Origin: an uncultured bacterium
Lineage (GTDB): Bacteria; Deinococcota; Deinococci; Deinococcales; Trueperaceae
DNA: 64,000 nt
Direction: 5' to 3'
Assembly (NCBI GenBank): GCA_964495325.1
Contig: CAZBVI010000002.1
Location: 125,729-189,728, forward strand
The position numbers and the translations under genes are program-made. Within the stretch, counting starts at the first letter, position 1. Every line of letters starts with the position of its first letter. Below, in pieces: positions 9,934 through 19,727 of the stretch. The notes beneath the pieces are model-generated. The model saw only the letters and a list, made by a program, of their open reading frames with translations, ran no database searches and was not told the DNA's origin.

Positions 9934-10599
9934 TCAGAAAGCAATCTTGCGTTCAAGACGCGAGAGCTGGCGTACCAAAGGCCACAGAATTAACAGATAG
10001 ATTATCGCAGCGAAGGTCAACGGAGTCGGATTGAAGTACAGTCCCTGCGCCACCTCAGCAGACCGCAACAGCTCCGGTACCGTCACAATGGACGCGATCG
10101 ATGTGTTCTTGACCAGCTCGATCGTATTCGTCGCGACCGGGGGTACGACGTTGCGGATCGCCTGGGGCAGGATGATCAGGCGCATGATCTGCCAGTTCGA
10201 GAGCCCCGATGCCCTCCCCGCTTCCCATTGTGCGCGCCCGATGCTCTCGATGCCGCTCCGGAAGATCTCGCCATAGTATGCAAGCCCGTTAAGGCTGAGT
10301 GCCGCGACGGCCGCCCAGAAGTTCGGCAGCCTAATACCCAGGAACGGAAGTCCGAAGTAAATCAGGACAAGCAGCACCAGGGGTGGGAATGCCCTTAAGA
10401 AGTCCACGATCAGGAGCAGAAGCCAATGAACCACACCTTTGCGCAGTTGAGCCAGTGTTGCGATTGCAAGACCAAGAACTGCAGCGAGCGGAACGCTCAC
10501 GATCGCCAGCAGAAACGTGTTCAGCAACCCCCTGAGCAGAAAGGGCCAGGATGCTGCGAGCACCTGCATGTTGAAGAAATTCTCGATGACTTCGGACAC
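9934..10599 (-). CDS. Polar amino-acid ABC transporter permease
   Basis: 221 aa, His/Glu/Gln/Arg/opine-type permease. The EAA-like loop reads AQWEAGRASGLSNWQIMRLIILPQA. Confidence 0.85.
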   Translation of the reverse strand: MSEVIENFFNMQVLAASWPFLLRGLLNTFLLAIVSVPLAAVLGLAIATLAQLRKGVVHWLLLLIVDFLRAFPPLVLLVLIYFGLPFLGIRLPNFWAAVAALSLNGLAYYGEIFRSGIESIGRAQWEAGRASGLSNWQIMRLIILPQAIRNVVPPVATNTIELVKNTSIASIVTVPELLRSAEVAQGLYFNPTPLTFAAIIYLLILWPLVRQLSRLERKIAF

Positions 10600-11273
10600 T
10601 ATCTGGCCACCCCCCGAATCCGCTTCTCAAGAAGGCGGCTTCCGACCACCAGCGGAAAGAACAGCACGAGGTAAAGGGCCGCACCGAGCATCAGGGGCGA
10701 AGGGCTCGCAGCTATCGACTGTGCACTCATCGACCTGTTGATCAACTCTGGCACCGCAATCGCGGATGCCAGTGACGTGGCCTTGGTGATCGCGATCGTC
10801 CTGTTTGTGAGGTCTGGGATTCCCATCCTGATTGCCTGTGGGAGTATCACGAGAAAGAGGATTGCGAGAAAGGACATGCCGGTTGCACGCGCCGCTTCCC
10901 ACTGCCCCTTGTCAACTGAAAGGATGCAGGCCCAGAATATCTCCTCCGCGAACGCCGCCAGGATCAGGCTAAGGCAGAGGACCGCCGCGGTCATGGAGGG
11001 AAGCGTCAGCCCAACATATGGAAGTGCGAAGTAGGCGAATATGAGCAGCATCAACGGAGGGATGCTGCGCAAGATATCCACGACCACAACGATGGCGGCG
11101 GTGAGCAGCCTGATCCGGAAGCTCCGAAGGACGGCAAGGATAAGTCCAAGGCCTATTCCGATAACCGTAACCAGCAACGCAAGTACCGCGGTGATCCTGA
11201 GGCCGACCAGCAGCGTAGGCAAGTACTGTGCCATGACCTCAAAGTTCAGATAGTAGTATGCGAACTCGGTCAT
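10599..11273 (-). CDS. Polar amino-acid ABC transporter permease
   Basis: 224 aa with the loop GQWEAARATGMSFLAILFLVILPQA. It is a paralogue of the adjacent permease. Confidence 0.85.
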   Translation of the reverse strand: MTEFAYYYLNFEVMAQYLPTLLVGLRITAVLALLVTVIGIGLGLILAVLRSFRIRLLTAAIVVVVDILRSIPPLMLLIFAYFALPYVGLTLPSMTAAVLCLSLILAAFAEEIFWACILSVDKGQWEAARATGMSFLAILFLVILPQAIRMGIPDLTNRTIAITKATSLASAIAVPELINRSMSAQSIAASPSPLMLGAALYLVLFFPLVVGSRLLEKRIRGVAR

Positions 11274-11277
11274 GTAC

Positions 11278-12003
11278 TCAGCCCCTTATTCGCGACAGAA
11301 ACTGTGCCGTCCTGTCCTGCTTGGGCTGTCTGAATACTTCCGCAGGAACCCCTTGCTCAACTATGTGGCCGCCTTCCATGAAGACGATCTCGCTGGCGAC
11401 TTCCTGCGCAAACCCCATCTCGTGACTGACGACAACCATCGTTATTCCATCGTCAGACAGGCGCCGCATTACGCTGAGCACCTCCCCGACCAGCTCCGGG
11501 TCCAGCGCGCTTGTAGGCTCGTCAAACAGCATAATCTTGGGCTTCATGACGAGTGCTCTGGCGATCCCGACTCTTTGCTGCTGTCCGCCGGACAGTTCAC
11601 CAGGAAATGCCCCTGACTTGTCACTCAGCCCAACCTGGTCCAGCGCTTCCTGTCCTCGATCGATCGCTTCCCGTTTCGGCACCCGCAACACATGCCGCAA
11701 CGCGAGAGTGACGTTACTCAGGGCGGTCATATGGGGATAGAGGTTGAAGCCCTGAAACACCATTCCGATCTCGCGCCGCGCCTTCGCGATGTCGGTCTTT
11801 GGTGACATGAGGTCAAGCCCGTCCATGAGTATCGCACCACTGTCAGGCTCTTCCAGCCGGTTGATGCAGCGCAGGAGCGTGCTCTTCCCCGATCCTGAGG
11901 GTCCGATGATGCAAACCACGTCGCCGGCGCCAACGCTCAGGCTCACACCCTTGAGCACGGTGTTCTGCCCGTACGACTTGTAAAGTTTGTCCAGTTCCAG
12001 CAA
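11278..12003 (-). CDS. Amino-acid ABC transporter ATP-binding protein
   Basis: Walker A GPSGSGKST, signature LSGGQQQRV, Walker B IMLFDEPTSALD. Confidence 0.9.
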   Translation of the reverse strand: MLELDKLYKSYGQNTVLKGVSLSVGAGDVVCIIGPSGSGKSTLLRCINRLEEPDSGAILMDGLDLMSPKTDIAKARREIGMVFQGFNLYPHMTALSNVTLALRHVLRVPKREAIDRGQEALDQVGLSDKSGAFPGELSGGQQQRVGIARALVMKPKIMLFDEPTSALDPELVGEVLSVMRRLSDDGITMVVVSHEMGFAQEVASEIVFMEGGHIVEQGVPAEVFRQPKQDRTAQFLSRIRG

Positions 12004-12091
12004 GTTCTCACTCCGCCTCTAGTGCGGGTGCCAGCGACTCGAACGAGTCACCGAATCGCCAGCACCCATGGGCTTCAGGAATCCGATACTG

Positions 12092-12955
12092 TCAGTCGTT
12101 CCCCCAGATTGGTTCGTGCGGATCGGCTGAGAAGCCCGTGTAGCCCGCGGGACCGTACCCGAACCATACGGTGTTCATCGCCGAGTCTTCGGGCGGATAA
12201 TCGCCGAACCATTTTAAGTGAAGCTCCGCCAGCGTTCCATCAAGCTTCAGACCCTCGATAGCCCGCTCCACCAGATTGCGGAACTCAACATCATCATTAC
12301 GGAAGACCAGGCCATAGTTCCTGCCGGTATCGATCACGTGGGAAACCTTGATGCGACTGTTCTGGAATGCCGCATACTGGGCACCGGGGAGGTCGGCAAT
12401 GGCGACGAAGGCTCGCCTGGTCAGCAGGGTCTGGAGCGAATCGGTGCTCGTGTTGACACGCTCGACGGTGAAGCCATACACGTCGCTGTTTTCTGTCGCC
12501 CATGTGTCCGACAGGTTTCCGTTGTTGACCACGACGACTTTACCTTCGAGGTCGGAGAGACTGTTGAGCTCCTCGTCCGCCAGCGTCATGAGCCCCAGGC
12601 CAACGGCCATGTATCCCTCCGTGTACAGCATCTCTTCCGCTCGCTCCGGCGTGATGTTCGTGGGCGCGATGATGCCTTCGTAATTCTTCGAGAACAATCC
12701 TGAGAAGATCGCAGAGAAGGGAACGTCGATGATGTTGCAGCCCGGCCGGCCTATCCTTCCGGCGATCGCCTCGCAGAAGTCGACCGAGAAGCCTTCGACT
12801 CCGCCACTAGCGGTCGCCATGACGAACGGAGCGAATCCGACCTCGCTGGCCATCGTTAGCGGCTGGTCAACCGGGTGATCGTCCCCCTGAGCGGAAACGA
12901 ACCCGAAAGCCAGGGCGAGCAGTGCCAGGATTGCAGTTGTCTTCTGTAACGTCAT
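12092..12955 (-). CDS. Amino-acid ABC transporter substrate-binding protein
   Basis: The start MTLQKTTAILALLALAFGFVSAQ is a signal peptide, with a GGAGG Shine-Dalgarno sequence upstream of the ATG at 12955. The body looks like PBP type 3. Confidence 0.85.
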   Translation of the reverse strand: MTLQKTTAILALLALAFGFVSAQGDDHPVDQPLTMASEVGFAPFVMATASGGVEGFSVDFCEAIAGRIGRPGCNIIDVPFSAIFSGLFSKNYEGIIAPTNITPERAEEMLYTEGYMAVGLGLMTLADEELNSLSDLEGKVVVVNNGNLSDTWATENSDVYGFTVERVNTSTDSLQTLLTRRAFVAIADLPGAQYAAFQNSRIKVSHVIDTGRNYGLVFRNDDVEFRNLVERAIEGLKLDGTLAELHLKWFGDYPPEDSAMNTVWFGYGPAGYTGFSADPHEPIWGND

Positions 12956-13008
12956 AACATGTGCCTCCAATTTGATTGATGTACTTGTCAGAGCTTCTGG
13001 GCTGGCAG

Positions 13009-14355
13009 TCAAGTCAGGAGCTGGCCGTGGCGTAGCGCCGAGAGCCCTTCAGTGCGCGAGTATGCCTGATGCCCGTTAACGAAAGTGGCGCTTATCTGTC
13101 CTCGTATCAACCTGTCATCGTATGGGCTCCAATCGGCTATTGACTCTTGCTGACTCGCATCGAAGTTCCAGGTGGTATCGGGGTCAATAATCATGAGATC
13201 AGCGTCAGCACCGACAGCGATTCTTCCCTTTGCAGGAGAAAGCCCGTATCGTCTGGCCACGTTCTCTGAAGTCAGCTCAACGAATCGGCTGATACTGAGG
13301 TTCCGCTTCACAACACCCTCGCTGAAGAGCAGCGGCACCAGAACTTCGATGCTCGGCAAGCCGGGCGGCTGATCAAAGTAGTCGCCTTGCTGCTTCTGCT
13401 CGCGGGTCCAGGGCACGTGATCCGACGTGACGAACTCAACGCCGCCACTCACGACCTCCTGCCACAGCTTGGTTTGAATCGCGGCACTCCGTAATGGCGG
13501 ATGCACCTTTGCGTAGCTCCCCAGTTGCGCGATGTTCTCCTCGCTCAACAGCAGGTAATGCAGGCATGCCTCTGCCGTGGCGTCAGTTCCGTGTTCCTGA
13601 TAGAACCGGATCAGCTCGTACCCGAATGGCACAGTGAGGTGAGCGATGTGCAGCTTTCCCTGATGAACGCGAGCCAGCTCAAGAAGCCTCGAGACTGCCG
13701 TCGTTTCCGACTCAAGTGGCCTGGCGATACCGTGTGCCTTGGCGTCCAGCTCGCCTGCCTCGCGCGCCTCCCTGACCAACGGATCTATCAGATTTGCATT
13801 CTCGGCATGAGCAGTAACAACGACCTGCCGCTCACCACTGATTCGCAGAAGCTGCGCCAGGTCGTGCTCCGGGATCTCCGGAAACCTCTCTGGATCATTC
13901 TCGTACGTCGACACCTTTATCGCTATCGCGCCAGCATCGATGAGTTCTTCAGCGTGCTTCCAACCCTCATGCTTGGCGATGGTCGCGAACAAGGCAACGT
14001 TCACGTGCGCCTCGTCCTTTGCAACAACGGCCTTGGCGCGGAACTTCTCAGCAGTCGTGATCGGACCGCCACGATCGTAGGGCATCTCCAGGACTGTAGT
14101 GACCCCGCCCTTTGCTGCGGCACGGGTCAGGCGGCTGATGCCTTCGGCTTCGGGCGAGTTGCTGTATGCGTGAGCGTGGCCATCGATGGCACCAGGCAAG
14201 ACAAGATTGCCTGAAAAGTCAAATACTTCGCGCGCCAAGCCCTCGCTTCTCGTGCTAAGAACGGCGGCAATGACGCCATCCTTGATCAGTAAGCTTCCTC
14301 CGGAAATGACGCTACTATCGACATAGACGTCACCTATGATCTCTGAATCGTACAC
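13009..14355 (-). CDS. Cyclic amidohydrolase (allantoinase / dihydropyrimidinase / dihydroorotase-like)
   Basis: 448 aa with GAIDGHAHAY (HxH metal motif), AIKVSTY, VTAHAEN, HIAHLT and VTSDHVPW. This is the metal-ligand pattern of the amidohydrolase superfamily. Confidence 0.8.
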   Translation of the reverse strand: MYDSEIIGDVYVDSSVISGGSLLIKDGVIAAVLSTRSEGLAREVFDFSGNLVLPGAIDGHAHAYSNSPEAEGISRLTRAAAKGGVTTVLEMPYDRGGPITTAEKFRAKAVVAKDEAHVNVALFATIAKHEGWKHAEELIDAGAIAIKVSTYENDPERFPEIPEHDLAQLLRISGERQVVVTAHAENANLIDPLVREAREAGELDAKAHGIARPLESETTAVSRLLELARVHQGKLHIAHLTVPFGYELIRFYQEHGTDATAEACLHYLLLSEENIAQLGSYAKVHPPLRSAAIQTKLWQEVVSGGVEFVTSDHVPWTREQKQQGDYFDQPPGLPSIEVLVPLLFSEGVVKRNLSISRFVELTSENVARRYGLSPAKGRIAVGADADLMIIDPDTTWNFDASQQESIADWSPYDDRLIRGQISATFVNGHQAYSRTEGLSALRHGQLLT

Positions 14356-14435
14356 GTATACCTCGCAATGATTCCACAGCTTGCCAACAAGTGTGTGATG
14401 TTCTATTGAGGCACACTATAGAGTAAAACCTGGCC

Positions 14436-14750
14436 TTGGTGCAAGTACCCTGTACCGCGAGCGCTTCCGCTAAAGACAGTAACCAACTGTCGGTCTATGA
14501 CGGCGAGATGATTGATCCTGCTGACTCGTGGCGTCACTACACAGGCGAGCTGAACCTTGAGTCGGCAGGAGTATTGGCAGTTTCCGTTACCGAATGTAAG
14601 ACGCTTGAGCTAAGGGTAACGCCGGACCCAGATGCATTTCCGGAACATGCATTGATTGATTTCGGCAGCGCGGGCCGGCTGCAGCTTGAGCGAACATCAA
14701 AGAAGCTCCGCGAATACGCGATGTCCCGCGGATGGAAGTACCGGCATTAG
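14436..14750 (+). CDS. Hypothetical small protein, possibly a truncated remnant
   Basis: The composition looks protein-like, but the ORF needs a non-ATG start; the first ATG is at 14508. The patch is AT-richer and no family was recognised. Confidence 0.25.
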   Translation: MVQVPCTASASAKDSNQLSVYDGEMIDPADSWRHYTGELNLESAGVLAVSVTECKTLELRVTPDPDAFPEHALIDFGSAGRLQLERTSKKLREYAMSRGWKYRH

Positions 14751-14929
14751 TATTGGCAGCTTGCCAAACACGGTTCCAGGCCTGCCGTGAGTCGCAGTGT
14801 AACGGCCGCTCATTGTACTGCCGAAGTATCCGATTCACGTTTTCCATGAATTGGCCAGCACCTTTGTAAGGTGTAGCATCGGTCAATCGACCTGATCGCA
14901 GGGCGAGAAGACATCGGAGGGTTCAACCA

Positions 14930-16498
14930 ATGAAAAACACGTCAGCACTCAAGGTACTGGGAGTCACAGCATTGTTGGCGATCGCTGCCAGCTCAGCCCT
15001 GGCACAAGGCGGGGGCACGCTTCGGATAGCGTATGCAGCGATTCAGCAGCTGGACCCATACAAGACTGCCAGCAACGATGAGATCCACGCTTTCTCCCAG
15101 GTGTTCGATCCCCTGTTCATCCTGAGCCGCGAGGACTTCAGCCCCGTGCCGCATGCGGCCACGAGCTGGGAAAATCCGGACGACCTCACTTGGGTCTTCC
15201 ATCTGCGCGAGGGCGTTTACTTCCAGGACGGCAACGATGTGTTTGCCGAGGGCGAGGCTCGCGAGGTGACGGCCGAGGACTGGGTCTATTCAATCAACCG
15301 CTTCATCAACGAGAGCACGGCATTCGCCATGGGCGATATCGAGAGCGTGGAAGCGCTGGACCGCTACACCTTGCAGATCACGACGCCTGAACCCGATCCG
15401 TTCCTGATGGACGGCAACCGCCTGGCGCGCGTGGTCGCAATCCCGCATGAGGCGATCGAGGTTCTTGGTGAAGACGGCTTCGCCCAGCGGCCCTTCGGCA
15501 GCGGACCCTTCAAGCTCACAGACTTCCGGCCGAACCAGTCGCTGCGCTTCGAGCGCAACGAGGACTACTGGCTGCCTGTTCAGCTCGATGCCGTGGAGTT
15601 CGTTTTCATCCCCGACCCGACCGTCCAGACGATCGCCCTTGAAGCCGATGAGATCGATGTCATTCCCTACCTGCTGAACATCGACGAGGCAGACTGGCTG
15701 ATGGAAAATCCGGACGTTGAGCTGCACGGACGTGGCGGCAGCTGGCGCGGTCTCGGCTTCAACCTGTCCACCGCCCCGTTTGACGAGTTTGAAGTTCGCG
15801 ACGCGATCTCGATGGCCATGGACATCGACTCTGCCGTTGCAGCCGTGGTCGAGCCGTTCGGCTTCCGCGCCTACGGCCAGGTTCCGGACTGGACGGGCTT
15901 CGCACTCGATCCCGAACTCGAGTCCTACTGGACCTACGATCCCGAGGCCGCCGCGGCACAGCTCGAATCGGTTGGCTTCGCAAAGAACGCCAACGGGATC
16001 TACGAGCGGGACGGCGTCCCGCTCAGCTTCAGCGTCAAGGTTGTCGCCGGCTCCCCGGTTCGGGTGCTGACCATCCTCGTCACGCAGCTGCAGGCCTTCG
16101 GCATCAATGCGGAGCTTCTGCTTCAGGACACCGCCGTCTGGGCAGACGATCTGGTCGCGGGTAACAACACCGGGCTCTTCTTCGACTTCAGCTACGCTGG
16201 CGTAACCGGACTCTGGTCGCTTTTTCACTCCAGCAACATCGGGATGAGCAACACCCACTTCTACAGCAACCCTGAAGTGGACGCCATCTTCGATGAAGCC
16301 AGCTATACGGTGGACTTCGAAGCCCGGCAGGAACTTTGGCACCAGGCGCAGCGCCTCATCATGGCGGATCGCGCCGCCATTCCGCTGTACTTCGAGAACG
16401 GCTTCTCCGTGGTCTCGTCGTCAGTAGTCGACTGGGTGGGTCCCTGGGCGGGCCTCAACCTCGTCACCCTCGAAAACTCAACCTACAAGGAAGACTGA
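14930..16498 (+). CDS. ABC transporter substrate-binding protein, family 5 (peptide/nickel type)
   Basis: Signal peptide MKNTSALKVLGVTALLAIAASSALAQ. Also ATSWENPDDLTWVFHLREGVYFQDG, a typical SBP_bac_5 segment. Confidence 0.9.
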   Translation: MKNTSALKVLGVTALLAIAASSALAQGGGTLRIAYAAIQQLDPYKTASNDEIHAFSQVFDPLFILSREDFSPVPHAATSWENPDDLTWVFHLREGVYFQDGNDVFAEGEAREVTAEDWVYSINRFINESTAFAMGDIESVEALDRYTLQITTPEPDPFLMDGNRLARVVAIPHEAIEVLGEDGFAQRPFGSGPFKLTDFRPNQSLRFERNEDYWLPVQLDAVEFVFIPDPTVQTIALEADEIDVIPYLLNIDEADWLMENPDVELHGRGGSWRGLGFNLSTAPFDEFEVRDAISMAMDIDSAVAAVVEPFGFRAYGQVPDWTGFALDPELESYWTYDPEAAAAQLESVGFAKNANGIYERDGVPLSFSVKVVAGSPVRVLTILVTQLQAFGINAELLLQDTAVWADDLVAGNNTGLFFDFSYAGVTGLWSLFHSSNIGMSNTHFYSNPEVDAIFDEASYTVDFEARQELWHQAQRLIMADRAAIPLYFENGFSVVSSSVVDWVGPWAGLNLVTLENSTYKED

Positions 16499-16509
16499 TT
16501 CGGAGGTCG

Positions 16510-16540
16510 CTCAGGGTGCCGGCAAGCCTGGCACCCTGAG
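16510..16540 (+). promoter_or_regulatory. Intercistronic GC-rich hairpin between the SBP and permease genes
   Basis: Perfect 11-bp inverted repeat CTCAGGGTGCC / GGCACCCTGAG with a 9-nt loop. No U-tract follows. Confidence 0.6.
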
Positions 16541-16549
16541 CCACAATCT

Positions 16550-17497
16550 GTGCTCACTTACATCCTCAGACGGCTGATCCTGATCGTCCCCGTGCTCCTG
16601 GGAATCACGTTCATCGTGTTCGCGCTGCTTGCCTTCGCTCCCGGTGACGCCATCAGCCTGATGCTCGGAACCGAGGCCGCGAACCCTGAACTCATCGAAC
16701 GCCGTCGCGCCGAGCTGGGGCTGGACAAGCCCTGGCTGCAGCAGTACGTGGACTACATGGGCCGCCTGCTGCAGGGCGACCTTGGGCGCTCCTTCACTTA
16801 TGGCACGCCGGTTGCGACCATGGTAGGTGAGCGCTTGCCCAATACGCTCGTGCTGACGGTCGCAAGCATGCTGGTCGCCCTGGCAATCGCGCTTCCCCTG
16901 GGCATCATCAGTGCAGTCAAGCGGAACACTGTTTGGGACTACTCAGCTATGTTCGTCTCCATCGCTGGTGTGAGCATGCCGAACTTCTGGCTGGGACTGC
17001 TGCTGATCATCACCTTCGGCCTTGAACTGCGCTGGCTGCCGATCAGGGGGCTGGGCGACATATCGGATGGCTTGTGGCAGTACCTGCGTCACCTCCTCCT
17101 TCCGGCGGTGACGCTTGGAACCAGCCTCGCCGCCATCCTGATGCGCCTGACAAGAAACTCGATGCTGGATGTGCTCGGCGAGGACTACATCCGTACCGCC
17201 CACGCGAAAGGCATGGCGCGCACACCGATCATCGTCAAGCATGCGCTGCGCAACGCGCTCGTGCCAGTCGTGACCACGGCGGGCGTGCAGTTCGGCGCAC
17301 TCCTTGGCGGCGCCGTCATCGTCGAGACGATCTTCTCCCTGCCCGGCCTTGGCCTGCTCGCGATCACCGCGATCCGGGGCCGGGATATCCCCGTCATCCA
17401 GGGTTCCGTGCTTGTCTTCGCCCTCTGCTTCGTACTCGTGACACTGTTGGTCGACATCATGTACGCCGTGATCAATCCGAGGGTGCGCTATGCGTGA
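16550..17497 (+). CDS. ABC transporter permease (DppB/OppB-like)
   Basis: GTG start, 315 aa. Contains YIRTAHAKGMARTPIIVKHALRNALVPV, the EAA loop of the PepT family. Confidence 0.9.
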   Translation: MLTYILRRLILIVPVLLGITFIVFALLAFAPGDAISLMLGTEAANPELIERRRAELGLDKPWLQQYVDYMGRLLQGDLGRSFTYGTPVATMVGERLPNTLVLTVASMLVALAIALPLGIISAVKRNTVWDYSAMFVSIAGVSMPNFWLGLLLIITFGLELRWLPIRGLGDISDGLWQYLRHLLLPAVTLGTSLAAILMRLTRNSMLDVLGEDYIRTAHAKGMARTPIIVKHALRNALVPVVTTAGVQFGALLGGAVIVETIFSLPGLGLLAITAIRGRDIPVIQGSVLVFALCFVLVTLLVDIMYAVINPRVRYA

Positions 17498-18350
17498 GAA
17501 CCGGCCAGTCCGGAGCAGCTTCTGGCGCAAGTTCGCCCGCAACCGCCTGGCTGTGGCGGGCCTGCTCATGCTCGTGGTCATGACCAGCGTGGCGATCTTC
17601 GCCGACGCCGTCGCACCGTACAGCCCGCTCGAAATGAACCTGGGAAACGCCTACGCACCACCGGGCTCAGAAGGCCACCTGCTTGGCACGGACAACTACG
17701 GCCGCGACATCCTCTCGCGCATAATCCACGGCTCCCGCATCTCGCTCAGCATCGGTCTCGTTGTGGTCGGTATCGCTGCCTCGGTCGGCACGGTCCTGGG
17801 CCTCCTGGCCGGGTTCATCGGCGGCTGGGTCGACATGCTGATCATGCGTCTGGTCGAGATCTTCTACGCGTTCCCGTTCCTGATCCTAGTCATCGGCGTG
17901 ATGGCCATCCTTGGCCCCAGCATCTTCAACGTCATGTGGGTGCTCGGCGCGGTCAGCTGGCCGATCTATGCCCGCCTGGTAAGGGCGGTGGTCATGGGTC
18001 TGCGGGAACAGGAGTTCGTGGAGGCCGCCAGGTCGGGCGGTGCAAGTGTCGCCAGGCTGATCTTCCGGCACGTCCTGCCCAACTCGCTCACCCCCGTCAT
18101 CGTCACTGCCACCTTCGGGATCCCGGAGGCCATCCTGTCAGCCGCTGCCCTTGGCTTCCTCGGACTCGGCGTTCAGCCCCCGACCCCGGAGTGGGGCGCG
18201 CTGGTCAGCGAGGGCAAGGACTTCATCCGCCGGGCACCGTTCCTGATCACCTGGCCCGGCCTGGCGATAATGATCACCGTAATGAGCTTCAACTTCTTGG
18301 GCGACGGCCTGCGTGACACGCTCGACCCCCGCCTCAACAAAGGAAAGTGA
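17490..18350 (+). CDS. ABC transporter permease (DppC/OppC-like)
   Basis: 286 aa with FVEAARSGGASVARLIFRHVLPNSLTPVIV and a C-terminal NFLGDGLRDTLDPR. Confidence 0.9.
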   Translation: MRENRPVRSSFWRKFARNRLAVAGLLMLVVMTSVAIFADAVAPYSPLEMNLGNAYAPPGSEGHLLGTDNYGRDILSRIIHGSRISLSIGLVVVGIAASVGTVLGLLAGFIGGWVDMLIMRLVEIFYAFPFLILVIGVMAILGPSIFNVMWVLGAVSWPIYARLVRAVVMGLREQEFVEAARSGGASVARLIFRHVLPNSLTPVIVTATFGIPEAILSAAALGFLGLGVQPPTPEWGALVSEGKDFIRRAPFLITWPGLAIMITVMSFNFLGDGLRDTLDPRLNKGK

Positions 18351-18357
18351 TTCACAA

Positions 18358-19701
18358 GTGCTGAACATACGCGACCTGATGGCCCGAGTCCCCAGCTATG
18401 ACAGGTTCTATACCGTCGATGAGATGTATCGGCGTGCACGCGACGTGGCCGCCGACAATCCCGAGCTGGCGAAGCTCACCATCGTCGGCAAGTCTACGGA
18501 CGGGACCGAGATACCTATGGTCACGATCGGTGACGGGCCCAAGTCAGTGGTCCTCTTCGCCCTGCCCCACCCGAACGAGCCGATCGGCGCCATGCTGGTC
18601 CAGTTCCTGCTCGACGAGCTGATCACGAACGATGAACTGCGCAGCCCCTACACCTGGCACCTGCTCACCTGCGTGGACCCCGACGGCACCCGGCTGAACG
18701 AAGGCTGGTTCAAAGGCCCCTTCACTGTAGACAACTACGCAAGGAACTTCTACCGGCCCCCCTCTGCCGAGCAGGTCGAGTGGACGTTCCCGCTGAAGTA
18801 CAAGACGTATGAGTGGACCACGCCCATCCCAGAGACGAGGGCGCTGATGGCCGCCCTGGACCAGGCGAAGCCCGACTTCGTCTACTCCCTGCACAACGCC
18901 GGCTTCGGAGGCGTCTACTACTACATGACTCCTTTCGTCGAGGGAGCTTTCGACGAGCTGCACGCGATCCCCCAGGAGCAGGGCCTTTTCATGTCACTCG
19001 GCGAACCCGAGATGCCCTGGGCAGTCGAGTTCGCGCCCGCCGTGTTCGAGATGGTCTCGATCACCAAGGCATACGACTACTTCGAGGAGTTCGGCTCCGG
19101 AGACCCTGCTGAACAGATCCAGGGCGGTGCCTCCAGCTACGACTATTTGATCGACCGGGATCCGGCGTTCCTCGTCACCGAGCTGCCCTACTTCCAGGCA
19201 AAGGAGATCGCTGATCAATCCGATTCCGGCGAAACCCGCCGCGAAGTCTTCCAGCAGGCGATGGCACAGGAAGAGGCCATGTATGCCGTTCAGACGGACA
19301 TCCTCGAGCGTGTCTCCCCCCTCATGACGCTGGACACCCGCTTCCTGCGTGCAGTCACCTCGTTTGCCGAGGTCGGTCCGAAATCACTTGAGAGCAAACG
19401 CGCCTGGGTGGAACGAACACCCGGCATGGATGAACCGGCCACCGTCGCCAGCCGAGCCGACGAACTTTACGTCAGCGTGTTCTACAAACTCGTCGTCGCC
19501 AGCATGCTGGTCCGGGCGATAGACGCTCAGCTGGAAGCAACCCCATCCGACGTCCTGGTCAGCGCAAGAGACGAACTCCAGGGACATCTCGATCAGTGGC
19601 TGCAGCTGATCAACGACAACCTGGATTACAGCCCGATCCCCGTCCAGACGCTCGTGAGCGTGCAGTTCGGCGCCATGCTTGCTGTGCTGAACAACCTGTG
19701 A
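18358..19701 (+). CDS. M14-like zinc carboxypeptidase family protein
   Basis: The likely GTG start at 18358 lies just after the permease stop. LPHPNEPIG (HxxE zinc motif) and SLHNAGFGG fit an M14 fold. The assignment is by motif only. Confidence 0.65.
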   Translation: MLNIRDLMARVPSYDRFYTVDEMYRRARDVAADNPELAKLTIVGKSTDGTEIPMVTIGDGPKSVVLFALPHPNEPIGAMLVQFLLDELITNDELRSPYTWHLLTCVDPDGTRLNEGWFKGPFTVDNYARNFYRPPSAEQVEWTFPLKYKTYEWTTPIPETRALMAALDQAKPDFVYSLHNAGFGGVYYYMTPFVEGAFDELHAIPQEQGLFMSLGEPEMPWAVEFAPAVFEMVSITKAYDYFEEFGSGDPAEQIQGGASSYDYLIDRDPAFLVTELPYFQAKEIADQSDSGETRREVFQQAMAQEEAMYAVQTDILERVSPLMTLDTRFLRAVTSFAEVGPKSLESKRAWVERTPGMDEPATVASRADELYVSVFYKLVVASMLVRAIDAQLEATPSDVLVSARDELQGHLDQWLQLINDNLDYSPIPVQTLVSVQFGAMLAVLNNL

Positions 19702-19727
19702 GCCGATAGCCGTTCTTGGCAGTCACA

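Noticed and set aside
15290-16342. 350-aa ORF antisense to the family-5 SBP gene. Similar long antisense or off-frame ORFs occur at 24275..25639, 41822..43249, 52296..53528, 57800..58879, 57825..58790 and 49596..50402.
   Set aside because: Their composition is rich in Arg, Gly, Ala and Pro with low complexity, and they carry no recognisable motifs. Each fully overlaps a confidently assigned gene. These are typical shadow ORFs of high-GC DNA.
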